This document shows, one piece after another, positions 40,508 through 50,517 of a stretch of 64,000 bases of DNA. Every line of letters starts with the position of its first letter. Position 1 is the stretch's first letter. The notes beneath the pieces were generated by a model. That model worked only from the letters and a program-made list of their open reading frames with translations. It was not told the DNA's origin and searched no databases. The DNA lies in contig OZ219815.1 of assembly GCA_964291235.2 (NCBI GenBank), positions 352,001-416,000 on the forward strand, read 5' to 3'. The stretch is from Vicinamibacteria bacterium (GTDB lineage Bacteria > Acidobacteriota > Vicinamibacteria > Marinacidobacterales > Marinacidobacteraceae). Made by a program: the position numbers and the translations under genes.

Positions 40508-40570
40508 CACGGATCTTCGTAGCGAGCCCCGCTACCGAAACGGGGTGCTCGTCGAGAGAAGAGCACCACC

Positions 40571-41386
40571 ATGAACCAGCTCGCCGCCGCCCTGATTGGC
40601 CTGTGTGCCCTCCTTGGTTGCGGGGGCGATGGCGCACCGGCGGCTCCGCTGCCCGTGGCGCCAGCCGCCCCTGCCGCGCCTACCCCGCCACCACCGGCGC
40701 CGCCCCCTCCGGAATCCACCGAGACTTGGCGGGGGCTGACGGTCGCGCCGGAGGAACGCTGTGCGCCGTATGACTCCGACGACTACCGCTACCCGCAATC
40801 CGTCGAGAACAGCGTCGTGCGCGAACTGGGAGGCATCTTCAGTCCCTACACCTGCGAGAGCTTCGACTCGACGCGCGAAACCGACATCGAGCACATCGTG
40901 GCCCGATCCGAAGCCCACGATTCGGGCCTTTGCGGGGCCGACTCCGAGACGCGGACCCGCTTCGCGCGGGATCTGCTCAACCTCACGCTGGCGTCACCGA
41001 CCTTGAACCGCTCACAAAAGAGTGACCGTGACGCGGCGGAATGGCTGCCGGATCAGAACCGCTGCTGGTTCGCCCAAAGGATCGTGGAGGTTCGTCTGCG
41101 ATACCGCTTGACCATCGATCAGGCCGAAGCCGATGCGCTCGACGGGATTCTCGCCGAATGCCGGTCCACTGAAGTTTCCTGCGACGTCCTTGAGCCGCCT
41201 GCAGTGACCGCACCCCCGCCAATCCAGGCCTTTCCCAATTGCAACGCCATGCGCCAGGCGGGTTGGACCCGAGGGGTACACCGCCTCGGTGGGACCTACC
41301 AGGATGCGTGGGACGAGGCGGAACGACAGACCTACGCGCTGAACACGGCCCGGGACGGCGACGGGGACGGCCACGCCTGCGAATGA
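40571..41386 (+). CDS. Lipoprotein with HNH-like (DUF1524-type) nuclease domain and C-terminal excalibur Ca-binding domain
   Basis: LLGC lipobox, Pro tether, DIEHIV..EAHDSG, NL......NRSQKSD.D..EWLP; FPNC..M...DGDGDGHACE. Confidence 0.8.
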   Translation: MNQLAAALIGLCALLGCGGDGAPAAPLPVAPAAPAAPTPPPPAPPPPESTETWRGLTVAPEERCAPYDSDDYRYPQSVENSVVRELGGIFSPYTCESFDSTRETDIEHIVARSEAHDSGLCGADSETRTRFARDLLNLTLASPTLNRSQKSDRDAAEWLPDQNRCWFAQRIVEVRLRYRLTIDQAEADALDGILAECRSTEVSCDVLEPPAVTAPPPIQAFPNCNAMRQAGWTRGVHRLGGTYQDAWDEAERQTYALNTARDGDGDGHACE

Positions 41387-41502
41387 CCCCGCTCGGCATC
41401 GCCACGCTGCTTTCCCCGCGTTTCCCCTGCTTCCGCGGCCCGGTCTCCCAGCGCCTCTACACTGGCTGCGAAGCGCCGACAATCGCACCTCAGGATACCC
41501 GC

Positions 41503-42885
41503 GTGCCTGCCTCAAGATCACTGTTCTCCCGTGTGACGATCGTGCTCGCCGCCCTCCTGGCGACCGTGTGCGGTGCCCACGACGCCGTCAGCCAGAGCAC
41601 GCACATCCTCGTGACGGGACGGCGACTGCCGTACTTGTACGCAGTCTCTCTCGATGACGCCGTCGATCCGGCGAACAACAACACACCGAATGCGATCGTC
41701 AGTCGCTCCAAGGTGGCGCTCGACCGACTGGACGGTCAGCTACTCGGTGATCCGGCCAATCTGGTCGTGAGCGAGGACGGTGGCACGGTGTATGTGGTCA
41801 ATCACCACGGCGCCATCGACAACGTGGAGTTCCGACAACACGGCGGCCGCGGACTGATCGCGATCCTGGACGTGGACGATGTCCTCGATCCAGCGAACGA
41901 CACGACGGCCAACGCCCTCCGGCAGCACCTGGACTCCGGCTCGTTCGGAGCGCTCGGCGTACTCCTGCTGCCGGACATGCTCATCGTTTCCAACGCCGAG
42001 AATCACCTGACCGAGGACGGCGGCAATCGCATCACGTTCATTGATCGACGGACGGGAAGTCTGCGTGGGACGGTGGAGTTGGCGCTCGGCTCGCCCGGGT
42101 TCGCCTGCGCGGAGTACCCGGTCCCCTACGTCTCCCCGTACGGGCCGCCCAGGAATCTGGCCGTACTTGCTCCCGGGCCCGGCCTGGGTTGTTTCCCCAA
42201 TCCGAACGGGTTGGCGCTGGGTCGCTCCAGCGATGGCAGCGCGTTCGTGTTCTCCGCCAATGGCGGCACGAACGATGTGTCGGTGATTTCTCTCGCCCGC
42301 GCGCTCGAAGGGGATCGGCTGGCGGAGATCGGCCGGGTCCCGACGCAGGTCGGCCCCTGGGGCATCACGGCTACCCCCGACGGGCGCCACATCATCGTCG
42401 CCAACGGAGGAAGCCAGCGGGAGCGCCTGTCAGGAAACACGATTTCGATCATCGATGTCGATCGGGCGAGCGCCGGCGACCCAGACGCCGAAGTCGCGCG
42501 CGTCCTGGTGGGAACAGATGATCCCCAGCAACAGACACATCCGCTCATTCTGTCCGTCACCCCGGACGGGAGGGAGGTGATCGTCCCGAATGTACGCGCG
42601 GACAACGTGTCGATCGTGAACCTCGATCTGGCGCTGGCCGGCGATCCGGGCGCCGAGGTCGCGCGCATTCCACTGGCCAGGGCGGATGGACGATCCGCCC
42701 GCCCGAAGGGCTCGGCGGTCACTTCCGACGGCCGCTACGCGGTGATCAGCGGGGGGTCAGCGGTGGAGCCGTTCTCCGAGGAGCACGGTCATGTCTATAT
42801 GATCGATCTTCGATCGCGCCGCGTCGTGGGCACGGTGACCGGAGTAGGAAACGATCCGTACAACCTGGCCCTCGTGACGAGGTAG
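41503..42885 (+). CDS. Secreted YVTN-like beta-propeller protein
   Basis: Signal peptide; NDVSVI, GPWGITATPDG, NTISIID, TPDG repeats. Confidence 0.75.
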   Translation: MPASRSLFSRVTIVLAALLATVCGAHDAVSQSTHILVTGRRLPYLYAVSLDDAVDPANNNTPNAIVSRSKVALDRLDGQLLGDPANLVVSEDGGTVYVVNHHGAIDNVEFRQHGGRGLIAILDVDDVLDPANDTTANALRQHLDSGSFGALGVLLLPDMLIVSNAENHLTEDGGNRITFIDRRTGSLRGTVELALGSPGFACAEYPVPYVSPYGPPRNLAVLAPGPGLGCFPNPNGLALGRSSDGSAFVFSANGGTNDVSVISLARALEGDRLAEIGRVPTQVGPWGITATPDGRHIIVANGGSQRERLSGNTISIIDVDRASAGDPDAEVARVLVGTDDPQQQTHPLILSVTPDGREVIVPNVRADNVSIVNLDLALAGDPGAEVARIPLARADGRSARPKGSAVTSDGRYAVISGGSAVEPFSEEHGHVYMIDLRSRRVVGTVTGVGNDPYNLALVTR

Positions 42886-42900
42886 CCCCCGCCCCTTCTG

Positions 42901-43115
42901 GGAGCGCCAGCCTCCGGCTGGCATCGCCGAGCAAAGCGAGGCGAAACTCCCAGACTCAATCAGCCCCGACAACGCCAACGCAAACGATGACGGCGCGGCG
43001 CGGTACGAGCGCGGGAGTGGCGCCGCGTCACCCTGCTGGGCTGCGGCGCCATCCTGGCAGGCGGACGATGAGAATTTCGCTCCGCGGAGCGATTCCGGCC
43101 AGAGGCCGGCGCTCC
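42901..43115. repeat. REPIN (REP doublet), same family as 38602-39072
   Basis: GGAGCGCCAGCCTCCGGCTGGC at 42901 and inverted CCGGCCAGAGGCCGGCGCTCC at 43095. Confidence 0.8.
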
Positions 43116-43263
43116 TAGCTGGCGCTCCGGCGAGGGGGAGGGAGTAGAACATGTCATCTAAGTCAATGACCCCAGGATGATTCGGTGGGGTGGGAATCGA
43201 ACACTGACCCACGTTTTGCCCCGCGGTCAGTTGAGATTTCGCCGCTGATCCTCGGGCGAGTCC

Positions 43264-44583
43264 TCAGTTCGGCTCGCAGGCTACCCCGTCCCTGTCAGGA
43301 TCAAGAGCATTCCGGTGCTCTGGCCGGATCACGTCTACCGTGACTCCTGCGGCAAAGACCGACCGCACCTGATCGCATCGGAAGTAGCCTAGGAAGCTGC
43401 CTTCAGCCTTCATCTGTTCTACCCACTCGTCAAGGCTCATGTCCTCACCGCGCTCCACGGTCCGATTGGGGCGATCCTCGTTCTCTACGCTCGCATTCGC
43501 TCGCGTAGGGAGCAGCGGCTCCTCATTTAGCTGCTTCGATGTGATCTCGGCAGCCGCGCTTGTGAGATTCAGGAACCGTTCCGCCGAAGTCGGGTGGCTC
43601 CGGGCATAGAGGATGCTGCCGGCCGACTCAATCGCCATTCGTCGCCAGAAGTTTGCGGCCTGCTCTGTGTCGATACCAGCATTCGCCAGCAGGTACAGCC
43701 CCACGTAATCGGCCTCCCGCTCGAAGTCCTGGGAGAAAGCTCTGGCCCCCATTACCGCCCCGAGTTCAGTGGCCGTGCCGTAGGTATTCACTCCGGAGGC
43801 ACCCGCCAGCGCGTCCACGACCGCTCCCAGCAGCAGACCCCCGACCACGTTCCTCTGCATCTTCCCGATGTGGTCTTCGATCGCGTGGGCTAGCTCGTGG
43901 GCAATCACCGTCTGCAACTCCAGATCCGTCTCCGTGAATCGGAGCATGCCCGTTGAGACGTTGAGGGTTTCTCCGTCCGTGAACGCGCCGATTCCCGTGT
44001 CCTCGATCAGAACGACGGAGTAGGAGCAGACGAGAACCGCCTCCATCGGGAATGGAGCAGTCTCGCCTTCCCGCTCCACATGAACGATCACCTGATGATC
44101 GAGGAGTGCCCGATCCCACAGGCGGTCCAGATCTCGCCTGGCTCTCCCAACATCGCGCTCCGTCTGAACGGGAGGGATTTCCTGGTCATCGAGGCTAACC
44201 AGGACATCCCCGACCATGAGACCTGCTCTGTCGGCGGAACTTCCCGGAGTAATGTGAGTAAGGGTGACGCGATCTGATAGGCCGAACACTTCCGCCGCGA
44301 CGGACCGAGCTTCTCTGGGAAAGTCCCACTGAGTGGCAAAGAAGACGCCTATCTGGGGCTTGACCCGGCTACCGCAGAGCGCCGTGTTGGCTTTGAGGAT
44401 CGGATACGCAGCCCCTTGGAGGCGCGTGTGCCGAGTGCTGCTGGTCTCCAAAGCAACGCGCAGCTGCTCGCGCTGCTCGATGGCAATGGCGGCCCGATCG
44501 GCGGCGGTCTGAACGGTACTGGTTCCAGCGCAACCGGCCACGGTGGCCCAGATCAAGGCCGATGCAGCAATTCTGGGTTTCAT
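43264..44583 (-). CDS. M48 metallopeptidase lipoprotein with PDZ and excalibur-like C-terminus
   Basis: VAGC lipobox, PGSSADRAGL..GD PDZ, HELAH, FSQDFEREAD, SHP; ends LDPDRDGVACE. Confidence 0.85.
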   Translation of the reverse strand: MKPRIAASALIWATVAGCAGTSTVQTAADRAAIAIEQREQLRVALETSSTRHTRLQGAAYPILKANTALCGSRVKPQIGVFFATQWDFPREARSVAAEVFGLSDRVTLTHITPGSSADRAGLMVGDVLVSLDDQEIPPVQTERDVGRARRDLDRLWDRALLDHQVIVHVEREGETAPFPMEAVLVCSYSVVLIEDTGIGAFTDGETLNVSTGMLRFTETDLELQTVIAHELAHAIEDHIGKMQRNVVGGLLLGAVVDALAGASGVNTYGTATELGAVMGARAFSQDFEREADYVGLYLLANAGIDTEQAANFWRRMAIESAGSILYARSHPTSAERFLNLTSAAAEITSKQLNEEPLLPTRANASVENEDRPNRTVERGEDMSLDEWVEQMKAEGSFLGYFRCDQVRSVFAAGVTVDVIRPEHRNALDPDRDGVACEPN

Positions 44584-44863
44584 ATAGATGTGTTCCTTCC
44601 GGAGTTCTCAAGCGCAGTCGTTCTGATCACTACCCCATCCGGGTTCTGTTGACGATTCACGATGGGGATACCCAAGGCCAGGACAAGTAGGTCGCTGGCG
44701 AGTCTCGCAACTCTCCTTTCTTTGGGCAGCGTACCCGAGATTGGCTGCTTGAACCGTCCCTTTCCCAAGATCACACACGCGCCCTCTGGGTGTCACATCG
44801 CCGCCGAACCGGCGGCTCCACTCCGGTGACTTCCCGCCCCCGTGTCCAGGCTCCAACACCGGT

Positions 44864-46147
44864 CTAGTGCCGGTGCCGGTCTCGATGCGCCTCGTGGAGC
44901 AGCCGGTTCGCTTCAATCGCTTCGGACGCCGTTGTACCGCCCGGCAGGCCCGCGGTCGCGCTGCCGATGGCGCGCCAGGTGCCGCAGTCCTCGTCGTTGC
45001 TGAACCCCACATCGCTCGCCGCGATCTCCACCAACTGCCGCCCGCCACCAGACACGAAATCGTTGGCGATGCGGTCATCAGACGTTCCGCCGAATCCGCT
45101 CAGTCGCTCCCAATAGCAACCGTCCCCCGCATCCACTTCATAGACCCCAGGGTCCACCTGTCGGCCGACCAGCCAGATCCCGGGCGGGATCGTTCCCGCA
45201 TCAGGCGGCGACACCGGGCTTTGGTCCCACGTGCCGCAGTCCTCATTCGTACTGAACGCCACGTCAGACGGATCAATGTCCACGATCACTTGAGCGGAGT
45301 CGAACGAGATGAAATCGTTGCTAATGCGGTCATCCGACGTTCCGCCAAGTCCCGATAGTCGCTCCCAATAGCATCCATCTGGCGGGTTTGTGAAGTAGCG
45401 ACCGGACTCCACCTGTCCGACTAGCCAGGTCCCCGGCGGGATCGTTCCCGAAGCAGGCGGCGACACCGGGCTTTGGTCCCACGTGCCGCAGTCCTCATTC
45501 GTACTGAACGCCACGTCAGACGGATCGATGTCCACGATCACCTGAGCGGAGTCGAACGAGATGAAATCGTTGGCAATGCGGTCGTCCGACGTTCCGCCAA
45601 GCCCCGAAAGGCGCTCCCAATAGCATCCATCTCGCGGGTTTGTGAAGTAACGACCAGGCTCGATGTCCGCGCCGACCAGCCAGGTTCCGGCCCCGAACGA
45701 AGTCCGCGACGTGGCCGGTGGTGGTGGCGGCGGCGCTGCCGTTATGCCCGCGACGTGGTCGGACCATGCGCTCGTGATCCGCCCGTCGCCGGTCCCGGAC
45801 GCGGCCCGCACCCGCAGATAGGCGCTCGTGCTGGCGGCCAGGTCCTCGCGGCGGTAGGACAGCTCCCCCTCCGCCCTGGCGATCACCTCGTCCGCATCCG
45901 TGAACTCCTCATTCGTGCTGAACTGCGCGTCGTAGCCGTTTGCCCCCTCGACCGCGTGCCAGGTCCACTCGATGAAGGCCGCGCCGCGCGCGGAGACGTG
46001 AAGGCCGGTCGGGACGCCGGGCGGGTCGGGCGTCGCTGGCGCTGGGGCGGGTGCCGGTGATGCTGGCGTCGTCGTGGGTGAGCTGTCGCCCCCACAACCA
46101 ACGGAGAAGGCCCACAGGCAGGTGGACGCGATCGCGATGCGGTACAT
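44864..46147 (-). CDS. FN3 lipoprotein with three ~84-aa GxWLVG..GCYWER repeats
   Basis: SVGC lipobox, Pro tether, FN3 (PTGL..WTW..V.GA.GY..YLRVRA..SAWS), repeats GCYWERLSG.GGTSDDRI.NDF. Confidence 0.8.
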   Translation of the reverse strand: MYRIAIASTCLWAFSVGCGGDSSPTTTPASPAPAPAPATPDPPGVPTGLHVSARGAAFIEWTWHAVEGANGYDAQFSTNEEFTDADEVIARAEGELSYRREDLAASTSAYLRVRAASGTGDGRITSAWSDHVAGITAAPPPPPPATSRTSFGAGTWLVGADIEPGRYFTNPRDGCYWERLSGLGGTSDDRIANDFISFDSAQVIVDIDPSDVAFSTNEDCGTWDQSPVSPPASGTIPPGTWLVGQVESGRYFTNPPDGCYWERLSGLGGTSDDRISNDFISFDSAQVIVDIDPSDVAFSTNEDCGTWDQSPVSPPDAGTIPPGIWLVGRQVDPGVYEVDAGDGCYWERLSGFGGTSDDRIANDFVSGGGRQLVEIAASDVGFSNDEDCGTWRAIGSATAGLPGGTTASEAIEANRLLHEAHRDRHRH

Positions 46148-46317
46148 CGCCAGAGCGTACCGCCCGACGCTTCGAGTTCGGGGGTGGGAAAAACCCCCGG
46201 CCGCTTCGGGCGGGGTGCACGCCACGGAGCGTGCGGCGAGCCGTGACTTCACTACGGGCGGCGGACGCTCCGATCCCTCTGGCCGGGCTGCGCCCTGGAC
46301 CACGAACGGGAAGACGG

Positions 46318-47058
46318 TCAGCAGGGAAACGGCAGGGAGTGGGGGCGGAGAGTCGGTAGCGATCCGCCCCCCAATCCCCCCAATATCTGGGGTAGATCTG
46401 GGGGTACGGGAAGAACCGTTGGCACTCTTGGCGATTCGAGACAGTTTTGTGCTTGCCATCGCGCAACGCGCTGGCGCACCGCCCGCCGCCTCCGCGCGTA
46501 AACCCGGCACTCCGGGCAGCGCTTCGCCTTCCCCGGCGGCAACATCCGATCACACGGTTCCTCGCGGCGCGTCACCACGTCCATCCGCATCCCCGGACAC
46601 CGTTTCGGGCGCGCCCGTCCGCGGCCCGGCGTCCCCATGTCTGCTTCCTGCAGCACCTTCCGCACGTCGCGCACGTCCAACAAGAACCCGGCAGCGATCC
46701 GGTGGGCGGACCACCCCCGCGAGCGGGCCAGCACGATGTCCCGGTCCAGGCCCAGCAGGAGCTTCGCCGGCGTCCACCGGAGCCCTCGGCGTCGCAGGGC
46801 ATCCTGTACCGCGGGCGATGTGTGCCGGCTGATGGTCGTATGGGCGCATCCCAGGCGCCGGGCCGCGTCCCGAATACTCGTCGCCCGCGACAGCGCCGCG
46901 TTGATCCGCGCCACCGAGAACTGGCGCCGGACCCTCCGGGACGGCACCTTGCGGCCGGCCGCCATGGCTCGCGCCCGTAGCTGATCCACCCGCGCGCGCG
47001 TCTGCAACCGGCGCAGCGCTGCCCTGATTGCCGCGAGCTCGCGGGTCACGTTCACCAT
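46318..47058 (-). CDS. Arg-rich HTH protein with Cys cluster, phage-like
   Basis: SIRDAARRLGCAHTTISR HTH, second GWSAHRIA HTH-like, C..C..CPEC. Confidence 0.55.
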   Translation of the reverse strand: MVNVTRELAAIRAALRRLQTRARVDQLRARAMAAGRKVPSRRVRRQFSVARINAALSRATSIRDAARRLGCAHTTISRHTSPAVQDALRRRGLRWTPAKLLLGLDRDIVLARSRGWSAHRIAAGFLLDVRDVRKVLQEADMGTPGRGRARPKRCPGMRMDVVTRREEPCDRMLPPGKAKRCPECRVYARRRRAVRQRVARWQAQNCLESPRVPTVLPVPPDLPQILGGLGGGSLPTLRPHSLPFPC

Positions 47059-47234
47059 GCGGAAGGCCTATTCGCTCGACCGCTTGGCTGGTACCAACGT
47101 GCCGCTGCTCGCGACGAGCTGGCGGAACGCAGGGGAGCTGAGGCAGGGCGTCATATAATTGATGTCCTCGGAAGTCATTGACTGTGTTGAGTTTATACGC
47201 TCCGTTTGCCAAATGTAACACGATCGGAACGCGG

Positions 47235-48431
47235 ATGAACAAGGTGGCCAGAGCCCTCGCAGCCCCGTTGCTCGCCGCCGCCTGCGGCACCGGCACCGAC
47301 GGCAAGCCCGTCACGCCGCCCACCACGCCGGAGCCGGTCCCGACCGGGCCTCCGGTTGTCCGGGCGGTCGCGGAGCTGTGGTCGCAGCCGGACAACGACG
47401 GCGGCTACTCCGAGGGCGACCGGATCCGGGTGGTGTTGGAGTTCGATCCGCTGACCACCACCGTGAAGGGCTCGCCCCGGCTCGCCATCGAGATGGGCGA
47501 CCACGTCCGCCTCGCCGACTTCTCCCCCTGGGTCGAGGACGACTGGCCCCCGGAGCGCCCGTCCTTCCTGCAACGCTTCGAGTACCGGGTCGGCTCTCTC
47601 GATGAGGACCAGGACGGCATCAGCATCCCGGCCGACGCGCTCGACTTCTCCGACGGCGCCATTCGGGGCCGGGACGGCGGCGAGATCGAGGTCGCAATCC
47701 GCGCGGTCGATCCGCAGGGGCGGGCAGGCAATCTCGTTCGCCCCGGCGAACCCCTGGACACCCATCGGGTGATCGCTTCGCCGCAGCCGAGGGTCTGCAC
47801 CGACGAGCGGCAGCGCGCTCTGAACTACGGCAACGCAATCCTTCCCCGCGAGTGGGACGGAACCCCCTTCCGGTTTGATCTGTTCGACCACTTCCCGGAA
47901 GCCGCGGGCGCCGACTACCCGAGGAGGCAACTGAGAGTGGTGCAGGAACTCGCGGACCGGATCGAGGACCAGGTCGGATACCCGATCATCGAGGCCGGGA
48001 GCCTGATTCCAGTGCCGGCGCAGCTGCCGGCAGGCTGGAACGTCCCCCCGAGTGGCCGGTCCGGCCCCCGGAACTGCGCCGCGCTGCGCGAGCCGGGCCA
48101 GATCGTCGGGATTGACCTAGCCAGCCTCCCGGACGGGCATGACGGTGGGGGAGCCCTGTCGGCGTCGCCGTGGTGTGCGCTGGTGAGCTACTACGTGGGC
48201 GACGGCCCGCTGGACGGGTACCACCGCTCATGGGCACGCTCGGCCGTCCGCCACGAACTGTTCCACCTGTTCGGCTTCAAGCATCGGGCCGACGAATACC
48301 CGGCGCACATCGGCGTCACCATGTCGCCGGAACTCCTGAACGGCGACCGCGACGGCAAGAACGCGGGGTACATGTACGTCACCTTCGAGGACGTCGACGC
48401 GCTGCGCTGCATCTTCCCCGAGGGCGAATGA
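47235..48431 (+). CDS. Array gene 1: lipoprotein, Ig-like domain + metzincin protease
   Basis: LAAACGTGTDG lipobox; Y.EGD.I.V..F...GSPRL...FEY.V...DEDQDGISI; HELFHLFGFKH; ends LRCIFPEGE. Confidence 0.8.
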   Translation: MNKVARALAAPLLAAACGTGTDGKPVTPPTTPEPVPTGPPVVRAVAELWSQPDNDGGYSEGDRIRVVLEFDPLTTTVKGSPRLAIEMGDHVRLADFSPWVEDDWPPERPSFLQRFEYRVGSLDEDQDGISIPADALDFSDGAIRGRDGGEIEVAIRAVDPQGRAGNLVRPGEPLDTHRVIASPQPRVCTDERQRALNYGNAILPREWDGTPFRFDLFDHFPEAAGADYPRRQLRVVQELADRIEDQVGYPIIEAGSLIPVPAQLPAGWNVPPSGRSGPRNCAALREPGQIVGIDLASLPDGHDGGGALSASPWCALVSYYVGDGPLDGYHRSWARSAVRHELFHLFGFKHRADEYPAHIGVTMSPELLNGDRDGKNAGYMYVTFEDVDALRCIFPEGE

Positions 48432-49456
48432 TGCGCTCCGCCCTGCTCGCGGCCCTGCTGCTCGCCGCCGCCTGCGGCACCGGGACGGACGGCGAGCCCG
48501 TCGCGCCGCCCACCACCCCGGAGCCGCCACCGGAGCCCCCGGGTCGCGTAACCGGCGTGCGGCTGGTGGCGGTCGGTCCGGACTTGATCGAGTGGGCCTG
48601 GGACCCGGTGGAGGGAGCCACCGGCTACGAGGTCGAGGTCTTCCTGGCCTTGACACCCCCCGGCCAGCGAGGCGAGCCCATCATCACCGTCGAGCCAGTG
48701 GTGCGGGCCGAGGGCCTGGAGCCGGGCACGGGATACGAGATTTACGTGCGGGCCGTCCGGGAGACCGCCGGCGGGCGCGCGGTCGGCCCGTGGTCGGCGG
48801 GTTTTGGCATCGTGCAGACGCCGCCAACCGTGCCCCCGGCCTGCACGGACGAGAGGCAGCGGGGGCTGATCCACTCCCCGTGGGTCCGGTGGTGGGACGG
48901 GACGCCGTACCGGGTGGACATCATCAGCAACTTCCCGGAGGTTGCGAGCGCAGCCGACGTGGCCGAGCTTCTCGAACCCATCGCGGCCCTGGACAAGAAG
49001 ATCGAAGAGCAGCTCGGCTACCGGATCGTGGAAATGGGCGAAGTGATCCCGGTTCCAGCAGGGGCGCCGCCGAACTGGAACACGGACGAGCAGGAGTACC
49101 GGCGCACCTGCCCGGTCAAAGCGGAACCGGGCCAGATCGTCGCTTTCTACATGGCCGACGAGAACCACGCGGCGCCGGGCACCTGGGGGCAGGCCAATTC
49201 ATCCTGCGGATCGTTCAGCTACATGCGGCCCATGATGGACAAGTGGCCGTGTTCGGGATGCAACAGAGACGGCCTGACGGTCCACGAGTTGTTTCATGTG
49301 CTCGGCTTCGTGCATGAAACCGACTACGACTTCCTCGAACGCGGTGACGGTGTCCCCATGACCGCGGTGTTGAGCTGGAAGGACGGGCCGGGCGCCTCCA
49401 CGGTCTTGTGGCAGGACATCGACTACCTGCGCTGCATCTTCCCGGAGGGCGGCTGA
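48431..49456 (+). CDS. Array gene 2: lipoprotein, FN3 + metzincin protease
   Basis: Same leader; W.WDPVEGATGY..VRAVRETAGG..GPWS; HELFHVLGFVH; LRCIFPEGG; TGATG overlap. Confidence 0.82.
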   Translation: MRSALLAALLLAAACGTGTDGEPVAPPTTPEPPPEPPGRVTGVRLVAVGPDLIEWAWDPVEGATGYEVEVFLALTPPGQRGEPIITVEPVVRAEGLEPGTGYEIYVRAVRETAGGRAVGPWSAGFGIVQTPPTVPPACTDERQRGLIHSPWVRWWDGTPYRVDIISNFPEVASAADVAELLEPIAALDKKIEEQLGYRIVEMGEVIPVPAGAPPNWNTDEQEYRRTCPVKAEPGQIVAFYMADENHAAPGTWGQANSSCGSFSYMRPMMDKWPCSGCNRDGLTVHELFHVLGFVHETDYDFLERGDGVPMTAVLSWKDGPGASTVLWQDIDYLRCIFPEGG

Positions 49457-50517
49457 TGCGCTCCGCCCGGCTCGCGGCCCTGCTGCTCGCCGCCGCCTGC
49501 GGCACCGGCACCGACGGCAAGCCGGTCACGCCGCCCACCACCCCGGAGCCGGCGCCTGCGCCCGAGGCGCCGCCCGAGCCGCCCGGCCAGCCGACCGGGA
49601 TTCGGGTGGTGGACCAGGGGCAGGACTTCATCGTGTGGGCCTGGGACCCGGTGGACAGCGCCACCGGCTACGAGGCCGGGGTCTTCCCGGCCTTCACGCC
49701 CCCGGGCGAGCGCGGCGAGCCCATCATCACCGTGGAGCCGACCGTCCGGGCGGAGGGCCTGGAGCCGGAAACGGAATACGAGATTTACGTGCGGGCCGTC
49801 CGGGAGACCGCCGGCGAGCGCGCGGTAGGGCCGTGGTCGGCGACCAGCCCCGTCGTGTTTACGCTGGAGCCGCCCGGGGAACCGCGGGTCTGCACGGACG
49901 AGCGGGAACTGGCCCTCGCCTTCCACGGTGGCCCCCTCCCGGTCAGGGAATGGGACGGGACGCCGATCCGCGTGGACATGATCCGCAACTTCCCCGGGTT
50001 GACCGAAACGGACGTTGCCGATCTGCTCGAAGCAGTCGCCCACGTAGCGCGGAAGATCGAAGGCCAACTCGGCTACCGGATCCTGGAAATGGGCGAACTG
50101 ATCCCGGTGCCCGAGGGGATGCAGCCGGGCTGGAACACGGACGCGCCGCGGCACCGGCGCACCTGCCCGCTTCCGCGGAACCCGGGGCAGATCTTGGGCT
50201 TTTGCATGGACGGCACGAACGACAACGCATCATCCGGGGCGGGCGCGCAGGCGAATTCGAGCTGTGGCGACTTCTGCTTCCTGCGGCCGATGTTGGGGGA
50301 TTTGCAGGCAGGGGAGAACCTTGATCGCGTGACTCTGCACGAGATATTCCATCTGCTCGGCTTCGACCATGACCCGACACTTGACCCAGCTACGGTGGAC
50401 CGGGTGGGCGGAGTCATCATGTCCTACACGCTCACCCGCGCAATCGGCCCTGACGCCTCCGTAGTGCAGTGGAACGACATAGACCTGCTGCGCTGCATCT
50501 TCCCCGAGGGCGGCTGA
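49456..50517 (+). CDS. Array gene 3: lipoprotein, FN3 + metzincin protease
   Basis: Same leader and FN3; HEIFHLLGFDH; LRCIFPEGG; TGATG overlap. Confidence 0.82.
   Translation: MRSARLAALLLAAACGTGTDGKPVTPPTTPEPAPAPEAPPEPPGQPTGIRVVDQGQDFIVWAWDPVDSATGYEAGVFPAFTPPGERGEPIITVEPTVRAEGLEPETEYEIYVRAVRETAGERAVGPWSATSPVVFTLEPPGEPRVCTDERELALAFHGGPLPVREWDGTPIRVDMIRNFPGLTETDVADLLEAVAHVARKIEGQLGYRILEMGELIPVPEGMQPGWNTDAPRHRRTCPLPRNPGQILGFCMDGTNDNASSGAGAQANSSCGDFCFLRPMLGDLQAGENLDRVTLHEIFHLLGFDHDPTLDPATVDRVGGVIMSYTLTRAIGPDASVVQWNDIDLLRCIFPEGG

Noticed and set aside
46343-46352. GGCGGAGAG as an att copy of a tRNA-Ser 3' end
   Set aside because: Only 9 nt; expected by chance at this GC content
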